64,000 bases of DNA from Octopus vulgaris (Eukaryota). Made by a program: the position numbers and the translations under genes. Location of the stretch: NCBI GenBank assembly GCA_951406725.2, contig OX597841.1:16740001-16804000 (forward strand), given 5' to 3'. Shown piece after piece: positions 30,785-43,250 of the stretch; the first letter of the stretch is position 1; each line of letters opens with the position of its first letter. The notes below the pieces were generated by a model that had not been told where the DNA came from, ran no database searches, and saw only the letters and a program-made list of their open reading frames with translations.

Positions 30785-31225
30785 TATTCTTCTTCTTTCT
30801 TCTTTATGCCTTTAAAACCTTCCAACGCGGAGTATAGGCCACTTATAGTTCCTTTTGTGTTGATCTCCGCCACGAGTACTAAGGCCTACCTCTCCTTCTA
30901 TATCCAACCGGTTTCCACTTTAAAGCACTTTTCGCTACATTTGGTGTGCCTTTTCTAATTGTGCTACCAATCCACTTTTACTTAAATATTTGCTCCCAAA
31001 TCGAAACTTTATTTGTTCTTCGCCATAGCTCCATATTGCTTATGTGTTTGGGCCATCTAATTTTAAGTATACTACGCAAGCATCTGTTGATGAATGATTG
31101 TATTTGCTTATTTGACTTAACTGTTGTTCACCATGTCTCAGCCCCATACAATAACACCGCTTTTAGGTAAGTGGTAAACATTCTTATTTCGTTCTTTATT
31201 GAAATTACACTTGCGTTCCATACTT
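30785..31225 (-). mobile_element. Decayed RTE-clade LINE 3' fragment (second family)
   Basis: Manual translation KAVLLYGAETW*...IQSFINRCLRSILKIRWPKHISNMELWRRT...ALKWKPVGYRRRGRP with in-frame stops; (GAA)n-like tail. Confidence 0.8.
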
Positions 31226-31429
31226 TCTTTTCATACTATTAAAAAATAGTAATAAAAGATGTAATTCCTCTGCTTCTCTTTCAACATTTAAGTTTAGAGA
31301 GAATTTTTTGACGAGGTGTAGCTCCATTGCTTTCCGGAATTTTAGGGTCATCTGTTGAAGATCTATAAAAGAGAAAGATTTTGAACTTTCCTTCACCACA
31401 TATTCCCATATGTTCACTCAGTGGAATCT

Positions 31430-32145
31430 TGCGCAAATCCTCTTGTCGGATGTGTTGCCTGTGGATTCTTGCATGCTGGCAGAGGGAATTGTTTGTTTCG
31501 TCAATATAATTTTCCTTGTAGCTGTGGGCAAATAATGCAGTATCTGAGATTCTGCGTCTTACAGTTTATATCTACATTTATTTGAACGAAAATCCACGCT
31601 TGAATTTTATGTTGGAACCGCTTTGTTATTCCATGTTCCACATCTACCTCCACATTATTTTTGCAGAGAATTCTAATTAATTCTCTGATATGATTTTTCC
31701 TCTTGTGAGGTGTTTCTAAAGATTTTTTGGTTGGCGTCTACTGTTTCGTATGGGGTTCTTATCAACCGGATTTTTCATTTTGGGGCTTTGTAACAGTATA
31801 TCTAGATTTGATTTTATGTTGTGAAAGATGTTGGCTACCCCAGGTTTGTGCGTATTAATAAATGGAATCGTGTGTTCATTAATTTTTTTCCTTTCGTGTC
31901 CTTATTTGTGTAACGCTCAGCTTCATCGCCTTTTAAATTGCCTCTTTTATTAATCCTAAGGAGTAATTTTGGTTTAAGAAGTCTTTGAGCTCGTTGAGTC
32001 GGATTTGACGTATTTTGGGGTCAATCACCATAGTAGAGATAGGTCTTGCCATGCTGTATGGAATGTTTCTTTTGCTGTGTGAGGAATGGCAAGAGTAGAA
32101 ATTCAAATATTGGAGAGTCTCTGGTCTTTTGTAAAATATGTCTTT
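31430..32145 (-). mobile_element. Penelope-like element remnant (RT thumb, linker, start of GIY-YIG endonuclease), frameshifted
   Basis: DIFYKRPETLQYLNFYSCHSSHSKRNIPYSMARPISTMV resembles the PLE thumb motif (YxKPTxxxxYLxxxSxHPxxxKxxIP); downstream RQPKNL*KHLTRGK, KCGGRCGT and NLRYCIIC...HRQHIR fragments. Confidence 0.8.
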
Positions 32146-32182
32146 TGTGACTGACGTGTTGTGTATTGTTATGTGAATACAT

Positions 32183-32216
<34 letters not shown>

Positions 32217-32234
32217 GTATATATATATATGTAT

Positions 32235-32457
32235 GTCATTCAATATGTGACCGCGTGTGTATCGGTGGCGATTTTCTTTCTCCGTCTTCCCTTCCTTGGA
32301 CCTTTCCTTTTTCTATGTTTCTGACGAAGAGCTCAGCTTGAAACGTTAAATCCTCATCCTTTCTTTCCTTTCCTGAGCGTCCAATAACACTATACTTGTT
32401 CCACGTCCTCGCGTTGTTGTGTTTTTTCTTCGTGTTTTCATGTTTGGATTAACTTTA
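32235..32457 (+). mobile_element. Short hammerhead-bearing PLE-tail-like element, family H1
   Basis: GTTT-CTGACGA-A-GAGC-TCA-GCTT-GAAA-CGTT-AAAT at 32317-32351; ends GGATTAACTT next to a TA tract; homologous to 38812-39015, 52602-52792 and 54089-54288. Confidence 0.8.
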
Positions 32458-32478
32458 ATTATATATATGTATATATAT

Positions 32479-32869
32479 AGGCACAGGAGTGGCTGTGTGG
32501 TAAGTAGCTTGCTAACCAACCACATGGTTCCGGGTTCAGTCCCACTGCGTGGTACCTTGGGCAAGTGTCTTCTACTATAGCCTCGGGCCGACCAATGCCT
32601 TGTGAGTGGATTTGGTAGACGGAAACTGAAAGAAGCCCGTCGTATATATGTGTATATATATGTATGTGTTTGTGTGTCTGTGTTTGTCCCCCTAGCATTG
32701 CTTGACAACCGATGTTGGTGTGTTTACGTCCCCATAACTTAGCGGTTCGGCAAAAGAGGACGATAGAATAAGTACTGGGCTTACAAAGAATAAGTCCCGG
32801 GGTCGATTTGCTCGACTAAAGGCGGTGCTCCAGCATGGCCGCAGTCAAATGACTGAAACGAGTAAAAGA

Positions 32870-32870
<1 letters not shown>
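32479..32870 (+). mobile_element. SINE family A, full length, embedded in (TA)n
   Basis: Intact head and tail. Confidence 0.9.
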
Positions 32871-32952
<82 letters not shown>

Positions 32953-32956
<4 letters not shown>

Positions 32957-33297
32957 CGGGTTTCAGCTGCAGAAGATCTCCTTGATTGTGTTGAGAACGA
33001 TGAAAACTTTCCCAAACACCTTGCGTAGACCTCTGAGTAGATATCGCCAAGATTTTGGTAAAATTTGAGGCAGATTCTCTGCTCAACGTTCACTATCATT
33101 CTCAATGCGACAATCACACGCTACACACCTTCCTTCCAAGCACTGCTCTAAATAGCTCAAGTGAACTGGAACGTTAAAACTTAAAGCAGATGCGGAGCGG
33201 AGTTCAAGGTTAATCTGCGCACAAGCGGATTTCCTCTGCGTGCTTTAGCTTCGTTACTATGGCAACAGCCCCGGATGTTTATTGATCTGACGACGTA
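32953..33297 (-). mobile_element. Rearranged non-autonomous mariner derivative, partial
   Basis: Minus strand: TIR-like TACGTCGTCAGATCAATAA, then VEQRICLKFYQNLGDIYSEVYAR joined to an inverted transposase segment. Confidence 0.75.
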
Positions 33298-33499
33298 TAC
33301 AGCTGGGCCTTGTTCGCCATCAGATTATTATGAGAAGATTTTTGAGAAATGAGGAATTTTTGTTATGTAGCATTTGATACACCTGCGTTTTTCTCTTGTT
33401 CCTATACATGCTCCCGGCAAATCTGACGTATTTCCGTGTCTCATTTTTTAAAAATTTGCGTGTATAAATTTACACAAATGAAATTTTGCATTTCTGCGC

Positions 33500-34330
33500 G
33501 CCTACATATATATATATGTATGTATATGTGTATGTATGTATATGTATGTATGTATATGTATGTATATATATATATGTATGTATATGTATGTATATGTATG
33601 TATATATATATATGTATGTATATGTATGTATATGTATGCATATGTATATATATATATATATGTATGTATATGTGTATGTATGTATATGTATGCATATGTA
33701 TGTATATATATGTATGTATATGTATGTATATGTGTATGTATGTATATGTATGTATATATATGTATGTATATGTATGTATATGTGTATGTATGTATATATA
33801 TGTATGTATATGTATATATATATATGTATGTATATGTATATATATATGTATGTATATGTATATGTATATGTATGTATATGTATATATATATATGTATGTA
33901 TGTATATGTATATATATATGTATATGTATGTATATGTATATATATATATATATGTATGTATATGTATATATATATATGTATGTATGTATATGTATGTATG
34001 TATATGTATGTATATGTATATATATATATATGTATGTATGTATATGTATATATATATATGTATGTATGTATATATATATATATGTATGTATATGTATATG
34101 TATGTATATATATGTATATGTATGTATATGTATGTATGTATATGTATATGTATGTATATGTATATGTATGTATATGTATGTATATATGTGTATATGTATG
34201 TATATATGTGTATATGTATGAATAAATATGTATGTATATATGTGTATATATGTATGTATATATGTATATATATATATATGTATGGCACATGCATATAGAT
34301 TGATAGATAGATAGGTAGATAGATAGTTTG
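33500..34330. repeat. (TATG)/(TA) compound microsatellite
   Basis: Directly visible. Confidence 0.95.
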
Positions 34331-34398
34331 ATAAATGGCATGCACGAGACTTTGTATCCATCAGACATTATGTAACTTTCTGCCTATAAAGTAGTATA

Positions 34399-34784
34399 TC
34401 TATATATATAAAACTGTAGTTGTGTGAGTGTCTGTCCCCTTCGATTTAGATTCCTAACTACTCCCACATTTTGCGGTGCAGTTTAACCAAATTCGGGTAT
34501 CTTATAGTCGTGATTCATATCGAGCCCTTCTGGGTATTAGCGCGCGTCTACGATTTGAAAAAAAATTTACCATAATTTTTTTCCATTTTAATGCATTTTT
34601 TCGCTATTATATAAGGGAAGTAACTCTCTAAAAATGTCTACGATGAGTCAACGATTTAAAAAAAAATTTACCATTTTTTTTCCATTTTTAATGCATTTTT
34701 TGCTATTTTTTGGCTATAACTCTCTAAAAATGCTTTATAGTTATTTTCCTTACAAACCCGAACAACGCCGGGCGATACTGCTAG
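34399..34784 (+). mobile_element. Non-autonomous Helitron
   Basis: A|TCTATATATATAAAA start; CCCGAACAACGCCGGG hairpin; ends CTGCTAG|T; no TSD. Confidence 0.88.
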
Positions 34785-34818
34785 TATATACATATATAGA
34801 CACGCACATATGTGACCA

Positions 34819-34851
<33 letters not shown>

Positions 34852-34964
34852 GCATGTAAAATATAGATATATATACACAGGGAATATACACACAAACGTG
34901 TGTATATACATATACGCACACACGTGCGTGTGTATCTTCCCTTTGTATATATATATGTATATTT

Positions 34965-35001
<37 letters not shown>

Positions 35002-35091
35002 GATTATCTTGTGTTGCAAATTATTACAAAAGCCTTCATGCGGCGCCATTTTGAAGATGACCATATATATGCATACGTGCATATATATGTA

Positions 35092-35138
<47 letters not shown>

Positions 35139-35141
35139 GTG

Positions 35142-35186
<45 letters not shown>

Positions 35187-35279
35187 ATTTATGTGTACAC
35201 ATACATACATGTATGTGTATATATATATATGTGTGTATGTTTGTCTATATATGTGAGTATATTTATATATATGTATATT

Positions 35280-35313
<34 letters not shown>

Positions 35314-35789
35314 ATACAGTGTATACCTGGGTGTGTGTATGTATTCTGTTATGTAGATTTATATATCCACGAGAAGCCGATCTCCTTAAGGCGTGTTTAA
35401 TACAAATGTATGTATATATTTGTAAACCAGTTAATTTGTTACCTACAGCTGAAGTGGCCCTTTTGTGCGTAAATATCTCTTTGAGAGTGTATATGCGAAT
35501 GCGTAAGTATACACGCTGGACGTTTCTTTAATTTTGCCTGCGATACATATGTGTTTGTGTATGTGACTACGCGTATCTATGTGGGTTAATAACTGTTTAC
35601 ACGTGTGTGTGTGAATGTGAATCAAAGCATAGGAGGGACCGATGTTCGCTTGGCCTTTCTGAACAAAGCCTAATTTAATGCCGCCATGTTTAATAGGTAC
35701 GTGTGTGCCTATGTGTCCGTTTTATTTGCATGCGTCTATAATTTATACGCTGCTTTTGTGGGGATATATATATATATAGGGAGAGAGAG

Positions 35790-35959
35790 AGGAGTGGCTG
35801 TGTGGTAAGTAGCTTGCTAACCAACCACATGGTTCCGGGTTCAGTCCCACTGCGTGGCATCTTGGGCAAGTGTCTTCTAATATAGCCCCAGGCCGACCAA
35901 TGGCTTGTGAGTGGATTTGGTTGACGGAAACTGAAAGAAGCCTGTCGTATATATGTATG

Positions 35960-36018
<59 letters not shown>

Positions 36019-36205
36019 ATGTTTGTGTTTGTCCCCCTAGCATTGCTTGACAACAGATGCTGGTGTGTTTACGTCCCCGTCACTTAGCGGTTCGGCAAAA
36101 GAGATCGATAGAATAAGTACCGGGGTCGATTTGCTCGACTAAAAGGCGGTGCTCCAGCATGGCCACAGCCAAATGACTGAAACAAGTAAAAGAGTAAAAG
36201 AGAGT
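35790..36205 (+). mobile_element. SINE family A
   Basis: Head GGAGTGGCTGTGTGG, internal (TA)n, GTAAAAGAG tail. Confidence 0.9.
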
Positions 36206-36329
36206 AATATATATTTATGGGGGAGGTATGTGTGAGCATGTGTGTGTTCGTATGAGTTTGTGTGTTATACTTTATAAAATACCGCGTTAACTTTAAAATT
36301 TTTGAGTGATGTACATATGTTTGAGTATG

Positions 36330-36665
36330 ACTTCACACACACATACCGACACTCACACACACACATACCGACACTCACACACACACATACCGACACTCAC
36401 ACACACACATACCGACACTCACACACACACATACCGACACTCACACACACACATACCGACACTCACACATACACATACCGACACTCACACATACACACAC
36501 TCACACATACACCGACACTATACACATACTGACACACACACCGACACACACACACACACACATCAATATACACACACACACACACATCGACACACACACA
36601 CACACCGACACTCGCACACACACACACCCCGACACTAACACACACACACACACACACACTGACAC

Positions 36666-36704
<39 letters not shown>

Positions 36705-37070
36705 GACACTACACACACACACACACACCGACACTAACACGCACACACACACATGCATACCTCTTTTACTGTTACTCGTTTCAGTCAATAGACGGTGGCC
36801 ATGCTGGGGCACCACCTTGAACTTTCGTCGAATGATTCGACCTGACTACGCATGTTTTTCTAGTTCTGATACGTAATCTTTCGGTTTCTATTGCCGAACC
36901 GCTAAGTGAGTGGACGTAAATACATCACCATATCGACACACACACACACACATCGACACACATACACATCGACACACACACACATCGACACACACACATA
37001 TCGACACACACACACACATATCGACACACACACACACACACACACATATCGACACACACACATACACCGC
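36330..37070. repeat. (CA)n-based compound repeats (22-bp CCGACACTCACACACACACATA; ATCGAC(AC)n) around a degraded minus-strand SINE A (36762-36930)
   Basis: Directly visible periodicity. Confidence 0.9.
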
Positions 37071-37072
37071 TA

Positions 37073-37260
37073 TGGCGAAATGCTTAGCAGTATTTCGTCT
37101 GCGGTTACGTTCTGAGTTCAAATTCCGCCGAGGTCGACTTTGCCTTTCATCCTTTCGGGGTCGATTAAATAAGTACCAGTTACGCACTGGTGTCACTATA
37201 ATTGACTTAATCCGTTTGTCCCCTCTGTGTTTAGCCCCTTGTGGGTAGCAAAGAAATAGT
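37073..37260 (+). mobile_element. SINE family B nested in the degraded SINE A
   Basis: SINE A sequence resumes at 37260 with repeated GTAAATACATCACCA. Confidence 0.8.
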
Positions 37261-37330
37261 AAATACATCACCATCGGTCGTCAAGCGTTGGCGGGGAACA
37301 AACCCAAGGAAACACACAAAAGCAGATATA

Positions 37331-37948
37331 TACGTGATCTGATCAATAATTATCCAGACTGTTGCTATAGTAACGAAGTTAAAGCACGAGGAGTATAGCC
37401 GCTTGGCACAGATTGACCTCGGACACTACTGTGCAGGCGCTCTAAGTTTTAACGTTCTAGCTCATTTCCGCTATTCAGAGCAGTGCTTGGAAGGAAGGTG
37501 TGTAGCGTATGATCGTCGCATTGACAATGACAGAGAAAGTTGAGCTTAGAGTCTGCACCAAATTTTGGCAAAATCTTGGAGATGTCTGCTCAGTGGTCTA
37601 CGCAAAGTGTGTGGGAAAGTTTTCATCGTTCTCAACACAATCAAGAAGATCTGCAGCTGAAACCGGAGTGTCATCTTTAGTCAGCTGAAAGCAGTTTCGG
37701 CCCAAACTTGGCAGACACGTGTCTCATACTCAGATCTTCAGTGATAATGGACTGGACTGAACCGTTACTAATCTGCACATCCTCTGATAACTCACGGATG
37801 GTGATTCAACGATTTCCCCATCAGCTGCATGCACATCTGCGATGTTTTTCACAGTTCTGCTGGTTGCGGGTCTTTCAAAACGTTCGTCAATATCGCCATT
37901 TTTTTTTTTCGGTTACCTTGGAAACGTCTGAACCGCTCGTACACTTGG
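37331..37948 (+). mobile_element. Rearranged non-autonomous mariner derivative
   Basis: TIR-like TACGTGATCTGATCAATAA, then MTEKVELRVCTKFWQNLGD on plus, then an inverted transposase segment (ITIRELSEDVQISNGSVQSIITEDLSMRHVSAKF) on minus. Confidence 0.8.
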
Positions 37949-37997
37949 CTGCCGGTTATCAAGTGACAGTAGGGAGAAACAAACATAGACACACTGT

Positions 37998-38212
37998 TAT
38001 ACTCTTTTACTTGTTTCAGTCATTTGACTGCGGCCATGCTGGAGCACCGCCTTTAATCGAGCAACTCGACCCCGGGACTTATTCTTTTGTAAGCCCAGTA
38101 CTTATTCTATCGGTCTCTTTTGCCGAACCGCTAAGTAACGGGGACATAAACATGCCAGTATCGGTTGTAAAGCAATGCTAGGGGGACAAACACAGACACA
38201 CAAACACACACA

Positions 38213-38267
<55 letters not shown>

Positions 38268-38424
38268 GACGGGCTTCTTTCAGTTTCCGTCTACCGAATC
38301 CACTCACAAGGCTTTGGTCGGCCCGGGGCTATAGCAGAAGACACTTGCCCAAGATGCCACGCAGTGGGACTGAACCCGGAAGCATGTGGTTGGTAAACAA
38401 GCTACTTACCACACAGCCACTCCT
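37998..38424 (-). mobile_element. SINE family A, full length
   Basis: Near-identical to 44654-45050. Confidence 0.9.
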
Positions 38425-38457
38425 TATATATTTAAAATAATAATAATAATAATAATG

Positions 38458-38489
<32 letters not shown>

Positions 38490-38497
<8 letters not shown>

Positions 38498-39015
38498 AAA
38501 ATTTATAAGTATAAGTTATTAATTTAAATAATTTTTAAAATTTTAACTATAAATTTTAAATTTAAATAATTTAAATTTTGAATTTTATATTTTATATATT
38601 TTTTATTAATTAATTTTATTTCTATGTATTGGTTTGTGATTTTCACTGTTTGATTTGCCTATTAGTGGTTTTATCTCTAATTTAATTTATAATTTATATA
38701 TTCATACTATAAAATTAGATTTAATCCTAAATCTCATTTTCCCCTGTCAGTTTGGATTTACTCCCTAATATTATTATTTTAAATTTATATATACATATAT
38801 ATTCCTTCCGGTCATTCAAAATGTGACCGCGTGTGTACCGTTGGCGATATTTTTTCCTCCGTCTTCTCTTCTCGGGATCTTTCCTTTCCCTATGTTTCTG
38901 ACGAAGAGCTCCGCTCGAAACGTCAAACCCTCCTTCTTCCTTTCCTTCCTGAGCGTCCTATAATACTATAATACTAACGTCCTCGCGTTATTGTGTTTTC
39001 AAGTTGGATTAACTT
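38490..39015 (+). mobile_element. Family H1 element (core 38812-39015) with a probable longer AT-rich upstream part
   Basis: Best-preserved hammerhead; ends GGATTAACTT(TA)n; assignment of the upstream AT-rich part is inference. Confidence 0.7.
38894..38928 (+). ncRNA. Minimal type I hammerhead ribozyme motif
   Basis: GTTT / CTGACGA / A / GAGC-TCC-GCTC / GAAA / CG TC / AAAC: complete catalytic core, stems I and II paired, palindromic loopless stem III, GUC cleavage triplet. Confidence 0.75.
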
Positions 39016-39066
<51 letters not shown>

Positions 39067-39416
39067 GACAGGCTTCTTTCAGTTTCCGCCTACCAAATTC
39101 ACTCACAAGGCTTTGGTCGGCCCGAGAGTATAGCAGACGACACTTGGTCATGTGGTTGGAAAGTAAGCTTTTTTAAGACAAGGAACTAGATTCCCTTAAG
39201 GGATCCAAGCATCCTAGCTCTCCGGTTGATGCCAGAGTTCAATGAAAACTAAAGTAATTTTATCACCGAAAACGTATAGGTAATAAAACTTTATGAAAGA
39301 GAAAAGGCAGAAAATGGATGAAATGAACTGAATGCAGAAATTTCTCTGCAAGAATTTGAATATCTTTAATTAAATAACATCTGTGAGTCACTTTTATCCA
39401 TTTTCTTTTCTCATTC

Positions 39417-39419
<3 letters not shown>

Positions 39420-39468
<49 letters not shown>

Positions 39469-39876
39469 TGTGTATATATGTATGAATATGTATGTATGTA
39501 TATAAATATATATAATGTATGTATGTATATATATATATCTAATATATGTATATATATATATCTAATATATGTGTATATATATACATGTGCATATATATGT
39601 AGATATTATTGTATATACACAATGCATACATATACATATATTTATATATATCTACATGTATACATATTTATGCATATATGTATATATATTTATGTATATA
39701 TGCATATATATTTATGTATATATGCATATATATTTATGTATATATGCATATATATTTATGTATATATGCATATATATTTATGTATATATGCATATATATT
39801 TATGTATATATGCATATATATTTATGTATATATGCATATATATTTATGTATATATGCATATATATATATGTATATA

Positions 39877-39917
<41 letters not shown>

Positions 39918-39925
39918 ATATGTGT
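39420..39925. repeat. TA microsatellite and 22-bp unit TATATATGCATATATATTTATG
   Basis: About 8 tandem copies at 39680-39870. Confidence 0.9.
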
Positions 39926-40149
39926 AAATATATTTGGCTGTCTGGAAGTTCATGCCGATTTATAGTAGCTTACCTTTCGACTTATTTTAGAACATGGTTG
40001 AGTCCATAACATAGGATTTAACTATACCTCCATTTAGAGTACAGATTAAGCTATATTTTCGTGGAAGAAGGTTTATGTTCCTATAACCTGAGTTAATTCT
40101 GTAACCCTTGAAAATGGAAGATAAGAAAGTTCATTTTCGGCACTTGATC

Positions 40150-40305
40150 CTTTAGGTACCAGACAAAAATTGCTGCAGCTCGGCTGGGATGTGTTACCCC
40201 ACCCTCCATATTCACCAGATATTGCTCTTTCGGATTTCCACTTATTCAGGTCTCTGCAGAATAGTCTTAAAGGTAAACATTTCAATTCCTTGGATGACGT
40301 AATAA
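40150..40305 (+). mobile_element. Mariner transposase catalytic-domain fragment
   Basis: TRQKLLQLGWDVLPHPPYSPDIALSDFHLFRSLQNSLKGKHF matches the mariner YSPDLAPSD motif. Confidence 0.92.
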
Positions 40306-40329
40306 GATACAATGATGAATTCTTTGTCA

Positions 40330-40949
40330 TGAAAATCGAAGCAATGACAATGAAATTCATACCATGAACCCCCAAGGAATATCGTAAGAAGTTTGAAATT
40401 TGAAGGGTCACTTAAATGGGGCCCCCCCACCGCTCTCCACCTATATTTACTGCATTTACCTCGCGCCTACACTTATTGATTGAAATATAATTAGCACCAG
40501 TGCTTAGCACATTTTCGGAAATAAGTTTGAGCATTCCAAATACCTTCTCGTACATATAAATCGAGATAAAGATTTATAATAGACCAGCATTATGACCCGG
40601 CAACGCCGGGTCATAGTGCTAGTGCATGCATATACAGCTGCGTGCGTGCGCACATACACGCGAGTACTGTTCAAATCTTCGACCAATCACATACAGCTAG
40701 CTGACATTCAATTGGCTTATCAAGTTTCGGGCATTTTGATTGGGTTTTGGATAGAAAATTTACAAAATGTCACTTCTATTGATTTTTTTAAAATGGCTTT
40801 GTGGGGTGACTGGGGAAATGTAAAGAGGTGCACGACCACCCTTGGACGGTTTTGAATGACCATAGAAGGTGCGAGCCCTCTCACTGTAAAATTGTGGATT
40901 TGTATAAAGGACACGCACACAGACATTTTGCTGTTTATATATACAGAGA
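40330..40949. mobile_element. Helitron-like remnants: plus-strand 3' end (hairpin plus CTAG at 40591-40622) abutting a minus-strand 5' end (TC at 40949)
   Basis: TATGACCCGG-CAACG-CCGGGTCATA-GTGCTAG|T; minus strand A|TCTCTGTATATATAAACAGCAAAATGTCTGTGTG resembles the 34399 start. Confidence 0.65.
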
Positions 40950-40975
40950 TGAACCGTTTATATATATTGAGAAAA

Positions 40976-41910
40976 GGCGGCGAGCTGGCAGAAACGTTAG
41001 CACGCTGTGCGAAATGCGTAGCCGTATTTCGTCTGTTCTTACGTTCCGAGTTCAAATTCTGCCGAGGTAAACTTTGCCTTTCATCCTTTCGGGGTCGATA
41101 AATTAAGTACCAGTTTTGCACTGGGGTCGATATAATCGACTTAATCCGTTTGTCTGTCCTCGTTTGTCCCCTCTGTGTTTAGCCCCTTGTGGGTAATAAA
41201 GAAATAGGTATTTCGTCTGCCGCTACGTTCTGAGTTCAAATTCCGACGAGGTCGACTTTGCCTTTCGTCCTTTTGGGATCGATAAATTAAGTACCAGTTA
41301 TACACTGGGATCGATATACTCAACTTAATCCGTTTGTCTGTCCCTGTTTATCCCCTTGTGGGTAGTAAAGAAATAGGTATTTCGTCCGACGTTACGTCCT
41401 GAGTTCAAATTCCGCCGAGGTCGACTTTGCCTTTCATCCTTTCGGGGTCGATAAATTAAGTACCAGTTATACACTGGGATGGATATACTCAACTTAATCC
41501 GTTTGTCTGTCCTTGTTTGTCCCCTCTATGTTTAGCCCCTTGTGAGTAGTAAAGAAATAGGTATTTCCTCCGCCGCTACGTTTTGAGTTCAAATTCCGAC
41601 GAGGTCGACTTTGCCTTTCATCCTTTCGGCGTCGATAAATTAAGTACCAGTTTCGCATTGGGGTCGATATAATCGACTTAATCCGTTTGTCTGTCCTTGT
41701 TTAGCCCCTTGTGGGTAGTAAAGAAATAGGTATTTCGTCTGCCGCTACGTTCTGAGTTCAAATCCCGACGAGGTCGACTTTGCTTTTCATCCTTTCGGGG
41801 TCGATAAATTAAGTACCAGTTTCGCACTGGGGTCGATATAGTCGACTTAATCCGTTTGTCTGTCCTTGTTTATCCCCTCTATGTTTAGCCCCTTGTGGGC
41901 AATAAAGAAA
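40976..41910 (+). mobile_element. SINE family B head plus 5 tandem units
   Basis: Units start GTATTTC at 41024, 41208, 41377, 41561 and 41730. Confidence 0.92.
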
Positions 41911-42523
41911 TATATATATAGAGAGAGATACATTTCAAGTGTGGTAGTGTGGATATTTATATTTCGTATTTTATGAAACGTATGTCTAGTATATACACAT
42001 ATATATAAATATATCTGTGTGTGTGTGTGTGTGTTCAATGAAGAATCTGTAGCGCTTTTGTGACCTTAGTGCGCATTCCTGCGACGTTGAAGAATACAAT
42101 ACATCGAAGGAAAACAAAATCCGATACAACCTTACACTGGTCAAAAGATTGCGCCGATATCTCACTGGTTCACGTTAGCTCATCATAGAAATTATCTAAC
42201 TTGCCCTTGGCAGCAAAAGAAAAAAAAAGCTGAAGAGAACCAGATATCGGATAACGATTGGTACAATGGTGACAGCATTGGTTATGGTGCTCTGAGTGAC
42301 GTGGGAGACTTCATTTTTATTTTCGCGAGAGGGGGGGGGTTAGGATTGATCTGAGGACTGGTTTCTGTAAAAATCTGTTGGGTATTTTGTGAGTGTCTTT
42401 ACGTTATAGGATGAACGTTTGATGTCAGTGTGTATATGGTAGGATGTGTGTATATGTTGCGTAAGGAGACCTGTGTCGTTCAGCGCATGTACATAGTTGT
42501 ATACACGTGTATAGATCTATATG

Positions 42524-42577
<54 letters not shown>

Positions 42578-42766
42578 TATATTGTGTGTGTGTGTATGTG
42601 TTTGTCTGTATAATATCCATACCATAGAGGTAATTATTTTTGTATGTGTCTACATATGTTCATTATATATATATATATATATATATGCATGTATGTATAT
42701 TTATCCAAATAGAAATTTTATAGATTAATAGCTATATTTATTTACTGATACATACATACATACATA

Positions 42767-42797
<31 letters not shown>

Positions 42798-42962
42798 TAA
42801 TAGCTATGTGTGTATGGGTATGTGTGTGTGTATATATATGTTTAATACATTGTTTAAATTAGTCTAATATATGTGTGAAACTATACACACACATGTATTC
42901 ATATATATGTACGTATTCATGTATTCATATATATATACATACATGTATTACGTATGTATATG

Positions 42963-42995
<33 letters not shown>

Positions 42996-43194
42996 ATATA
43001 ATTTTATGCTTATATGTATACATATACATCCGAGTATGTGTCTGAATGTTTGTGTGTCTGTCTGCGTGTGTTGGTTATGCGTGATCACTGAACATATATC
43101 TTTCTTGAAAATTGTTTTCTGAAGCCGTTGCTTTAGACTCAAAGGCAACAATACCCATTTCGTTTTCGTGAAAAGCGCTCGACTCGACCAGACT

Positions 43195-43250
43195 CTGCAT
43201 GACGTCATTGTCGTCTGCAACAAAAGAACGGTCGCCATTTTGACGTAGTA
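43195..43250. promoter_or_regulatory. Candidate cis-regulatory cluster (palindromic CRE plus YY1-like site)
   Basis: ATGACGTCAT at 43199-43208; CGCCATTTTG at 43233-43242 overlapping TGACGT; in a CpG-rich non-repetitive island. Confidence 0.35.
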
